A DNA stretch of 64,000 bases from Monocercomonoides exilis PA203 (lineage: Eukaryota; Protista; Preaxostyla), in the NCBI GenBank assembly GCA_001643675.2, contig LSRY02000005.1, positions 744,001 to 808,000 on the forward strand, written 5' to 3'. The position numbers were made by a program, and so were the translations under genes. A model generated the notes under the pieces. That model ran no database searches. It was not told where the DNA came from and was given only the letters and a program-made list of their open reading frames with translations. This document shows, piece by piece, positions 60,901 through 64,000 of the stretch (position 1 is the first letter of the stretch; each line of letters opens with the position of its first letter).

Positions 60901-62778
60901 CTGAAGGGAGCAATGCATCTTAGGGCATACTTAATTGTGGCACATGGAGTCTGATCTGATCTGCCACAGGAATCGACATCACTTCCGCTGTTTGCAACAA
61001 TTTTGTTCTGGTTGATGATTGGAAGCCAGCCGTTGTACACACTGCTTACTGCAGTTCCGCAATTCCAGATTCTTTGTATGAGGGTTGTAGAGCCGCAATT
61101 CTCAAATGGAGATTGGGTGACGCTGCTTCCATTGAAGAACACATCGTTTCCTCTACCATTAGTGGCAGTGTTACCATCGAAGAAACAGAAAGTGATGAAT
61201 TTTGTCCCGCTCATCCAGGAATATGTTAAATGGCAATAAATACCAGCTCCCCCGTAAATTGACGATTTTGTCAATTTGTTGTTTATAAGCTGACACTCAT
61301 TAACTGAAAACTGTCTTGGCATTGCTGATGGAATTGAATAAAATGTTATAGCTCCGGATGAATCTTCGCCGGTATTTGAAATACAGTCGCACTTGGAAAA
61401 TAGGAAGTGGCCATTTGATTTTAAGTTACCGATCCCAAAATACCAACCAATTCCACACCAATCTGTTATTGAGCAGCTTTCCACTCTGTTTTCTGATATC
61501 GTGCAAGCAAAATTTGATTGTATATCTATTATTTCAGTAGCTCCTCCGTGTAACGCAGAGCAATTTGTGAAGTTAGATTTTGTAATTTTAACACTTAGAA
61601 TTTTTTGACAATAGATTGCACCCCCATTACCAGTACTTGATGAGCATTTGTTTATTAAAACAAGATGTAATTGTGAGATTTGCATTTGCACAAAAAACAA
61701 AAAGTGCACCACTTGAAGATCCACCATTTGAATTTTCCCATTCACACCACTCTAAACGATGATTATTCTCATCAAAAAAATCCAATCTTCCAGGTTTCTC
61801 TTTTTGGGATTCCGTTCCTACATGGATCACAGGGGCATTTGGTGAAGAGCGAGTTTGATAAGGGAAAGAGGTGTTGAAGGCAGAGAGAGAAGTGGAAGGG
61901 GTGTTGAGGGAAGGGAGAATGGCGCCATCAATGGGGTTGAAGGTGTGGAGGAAGATGGTTGAATGGATGAAAAGAGAGGAACGAAGAGATAAGAAGGGTA
62001 TTGTGTTTGTGTTTGTGGTGTTTGTGGTGGTGGTGAATGAGTTGTGTGTGTGTGTGGGTTTGGCAGGAATGGTGTGTGTGGATTGTGGTGCAGTGGTGAT
62101 GTTTGTGAAGAGTGTGTCCGAGAGATGGAGATCGAGATGGATTTGGAGATGGCGATGGAGAAGGGAAGAAGAAGAGGACACTAAAGGAGAAAAAAGGAAG
62201 GGATTGCAAATGGAGATGAAAGAGGAGAAAGAGGAATGTGAAATGGAGAAGGATGCAGGTATTGGGGAGTTGGCATTTGGAAGGAGATTTTGAGGAAGGG
62301 AGAAGAGGGGGAAGGAGATGATGGCTGGTTGAGGGATTGTGAGGGAGAAGTTGGCGAGAGAGAGGGAGCTGCGGGAAGAGAGGAAAAGTGGGTGGCTGGC
62401 ATCTGCGTGGATTCGGCAGGCAGAGGAGAAAATGGTGCACGATGAGTGATGCTGTGCAGAGAGGAATGCGCAGCCACCGAGAGGCTCCATGACGAGATCG
62501 CTCACACACAACGAGGCATTGACGATATTCAGACTTGTTCGAGCACAGCTGACACGATCGCCTGGCGAGAATACAGTTTTTGCTGTACATGTGCCATTTT
62601 TATTGTAGTATTTGTTGCTGTGTGTTTCAACGCTGATCGTGCTTACTGGCATCTCCCAACTCATTTCTTGTTGATTTCGTTTTTCTGCAATGCCTATTCC
62701 ATTGTCGCAATTTATAACAACAAATGCAAAAACAATTATATTGAGTGCAACTTTCGCGCAGGTTGAGAATCTCGCCAT
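54945..62778 (-). pseudogene. Giant type-I membrane surface protein (GGA(I/V) / right-handed beta-helix-like repeats, one TM, C-terminal kinase C-lobe remnant), broken by a frameshift near 61650; pseudogene or assembly error
   Basis: Signal-peptide ORF 62778-61627 and ORF 61745-54945 are out of frame at TTT AAT AAA CAA ATG. Repeated GGAIY/GGFLY/GGGVY and CG.....PC motifs, TM FWLIIVIIMAIILMIVLIVSVVLAV, RWKAPELL..VFSIGMMLWECLTLQIPF..QRPSL. Confidence 0.75.
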
Positions 62779-63107
62779 AAAAGAAGATGAAAGAAAAAAC
62801 TGAAAATAAAAATTCCTGCGCCCAAATTATTTTTCCTTTCAAGAAAAATAATTTTGTTAAAAGCAATTCTTGAATGTTCATCGTTTTAATAAAAACTTCA
62901 ACTTTTTAATAACTGTTTTTTGTGAAATATTAATAACATTTCTTTTCTTCTCTCTTTCTCTCTCTTTTTCAATCTCTTTATTTTTTTTTTTTTATTTTTT
63001 TTTTTTTTGTAAAAATTCAACTTTTTTCAAAAGAAATCAAATTAACTTGAATAAATATTTCACAAAAGTGTAAATGATTAATAACTTAACGATGAAGAAT
63101 AAATAAA

Positions 63108-64000
63108 TGGAATTTTTTGGCACCCATCATTTACTTGAGCATATGGATGAATTAAAAAAAAGAATTACAGCTTTTGGAGAGTAGTTTGATATTATAATTA
63201 TTATATGTTAACAATATTTAGTTATTCTAAATATGTTTCATTGAGTAGAAGCGGATTAAAAATTTTTGGACTTTGCGCAGATAATATTTGTGTGTATTTT
63301 TACTTGTATCACTTCATCCATTGCTATATTTTTCATAATGCAAGTAAAAACAAAAGAACTTGGCTGTGGAACTTTCATAGAGATGGATCCTTGTATTCGT
63401 TTGAAGTTTATGTAAATTATTTAGTAAATTTATCAATTTTCATTTGCATTTTATAAATTGTTCAAATTTAATATGTATATTCCAATAATTTTGTTTTGAT
63501 TAATCTTCAAACAGTGGAAAAGCAGATGGGAGAGCTTATAAATATTCTTCAAAAATGTGTCAAAAATAATTTTTTTCTGTACTCATTTTTATTGCTGTTA
63601 ACTGGATGCATCTTTTCGACACATCATTTAATATTAAGTGAAGGAAATTGCAGAACAAATATGTGATATTGCAGATTCGAGGAGAAGTCAGGCAAGAGAG
63701 AAAATATCACTTCAAGAGCAAGGATTGTTTGATGAAGCCTTTGAAAGAGAGAGTGTAGTTGTAGAAAATGAAATTGCAGCAGCTGAATGTATTTTGAATG
63801 ATTACTTATCAAAGGTTTGCCCTCATTTTGTTAAAAATTTACAGTTTATTGAATGATTCAATGCTTGACATTATTTAGATGAAGATATTTGAAGAACTAA
63901 AACCAGAATTAACCGAGAGGAAGGCATCAGAATTAAAGATCATGTGGGAAACATCTGGTTTTATTCCAGATGATCTTTTTGGAACATGAAGATGATGTAT
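63108..64000 (+). CDS. Multi-exon gene of unknown function, truncated at the window end; exon structure uncertain
   Basis: Coding-like blocks (EIAEQICDIADSRR...NDYLSK|gtttgc; MKIFEELKPELTERKASELKIMWETS|gtttta) are bounded by GT/AG sites; the start position is a guess. Confidence 0.45.

Noticed and set aside
61634-61748. Intron (GTGTGA...AAG) that could rescue the receptor frameshift
   Set aside because: It would delete a well-formed ectodomain repeat, and the segment is coding-like rather than AT-rich like real introns here; not formally excluded without RNA-seq.

Overview
Eukaryotic, intron-containing, AT-rich genomic DNA in the standard genetic code. The poly-Ser tracts, GTTTG donor sites and GGA(I/V)-repeat receptor-pseudokinase gene suggest the oxymonad Monocercomonoides; this identity is inference. 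Positions 1-48.5 kb are a compact housekeeping block: CDC5L (partial), a pseudokinase, a 2531-aa non-canonical poly(A)/poly(U) polymerase, an orphan, AAMP/Sqt1, an ABHD hydrolase, VMA21, a Toc34/AIG1-like GTPase-TM-shikimate-kinase-like fusion, GPC1, an RNF216-like RBR ligase, PLRG1, WAPL, RAB3GAP1, an importin-alpha-like ARM protein and ALDH3, several in tight head-to-head pairs. Positions 48.5-54.9 kb are a repeat island with a 331-bp apparently perfect inverted repeat, a smaller foldback, and an intact-looking intron-containing DD35D pogo/Fot-like transposon with TIRs and a TA target duplication. Positions 54.9-62.8 kb hold a frameshifted giant surface receptor with a pseudokinase tail, followed by a truncated multi-exon gene. 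The most notable observations are the GTPase/shikimate-kinase-like fusion, a GATC motif 7-28 nt upstream of the ATG in 8 genes, the split nucleotidyltransferase domain, and the unusual splice signals. All family calls come from motif recognition by eye; no searches were run.
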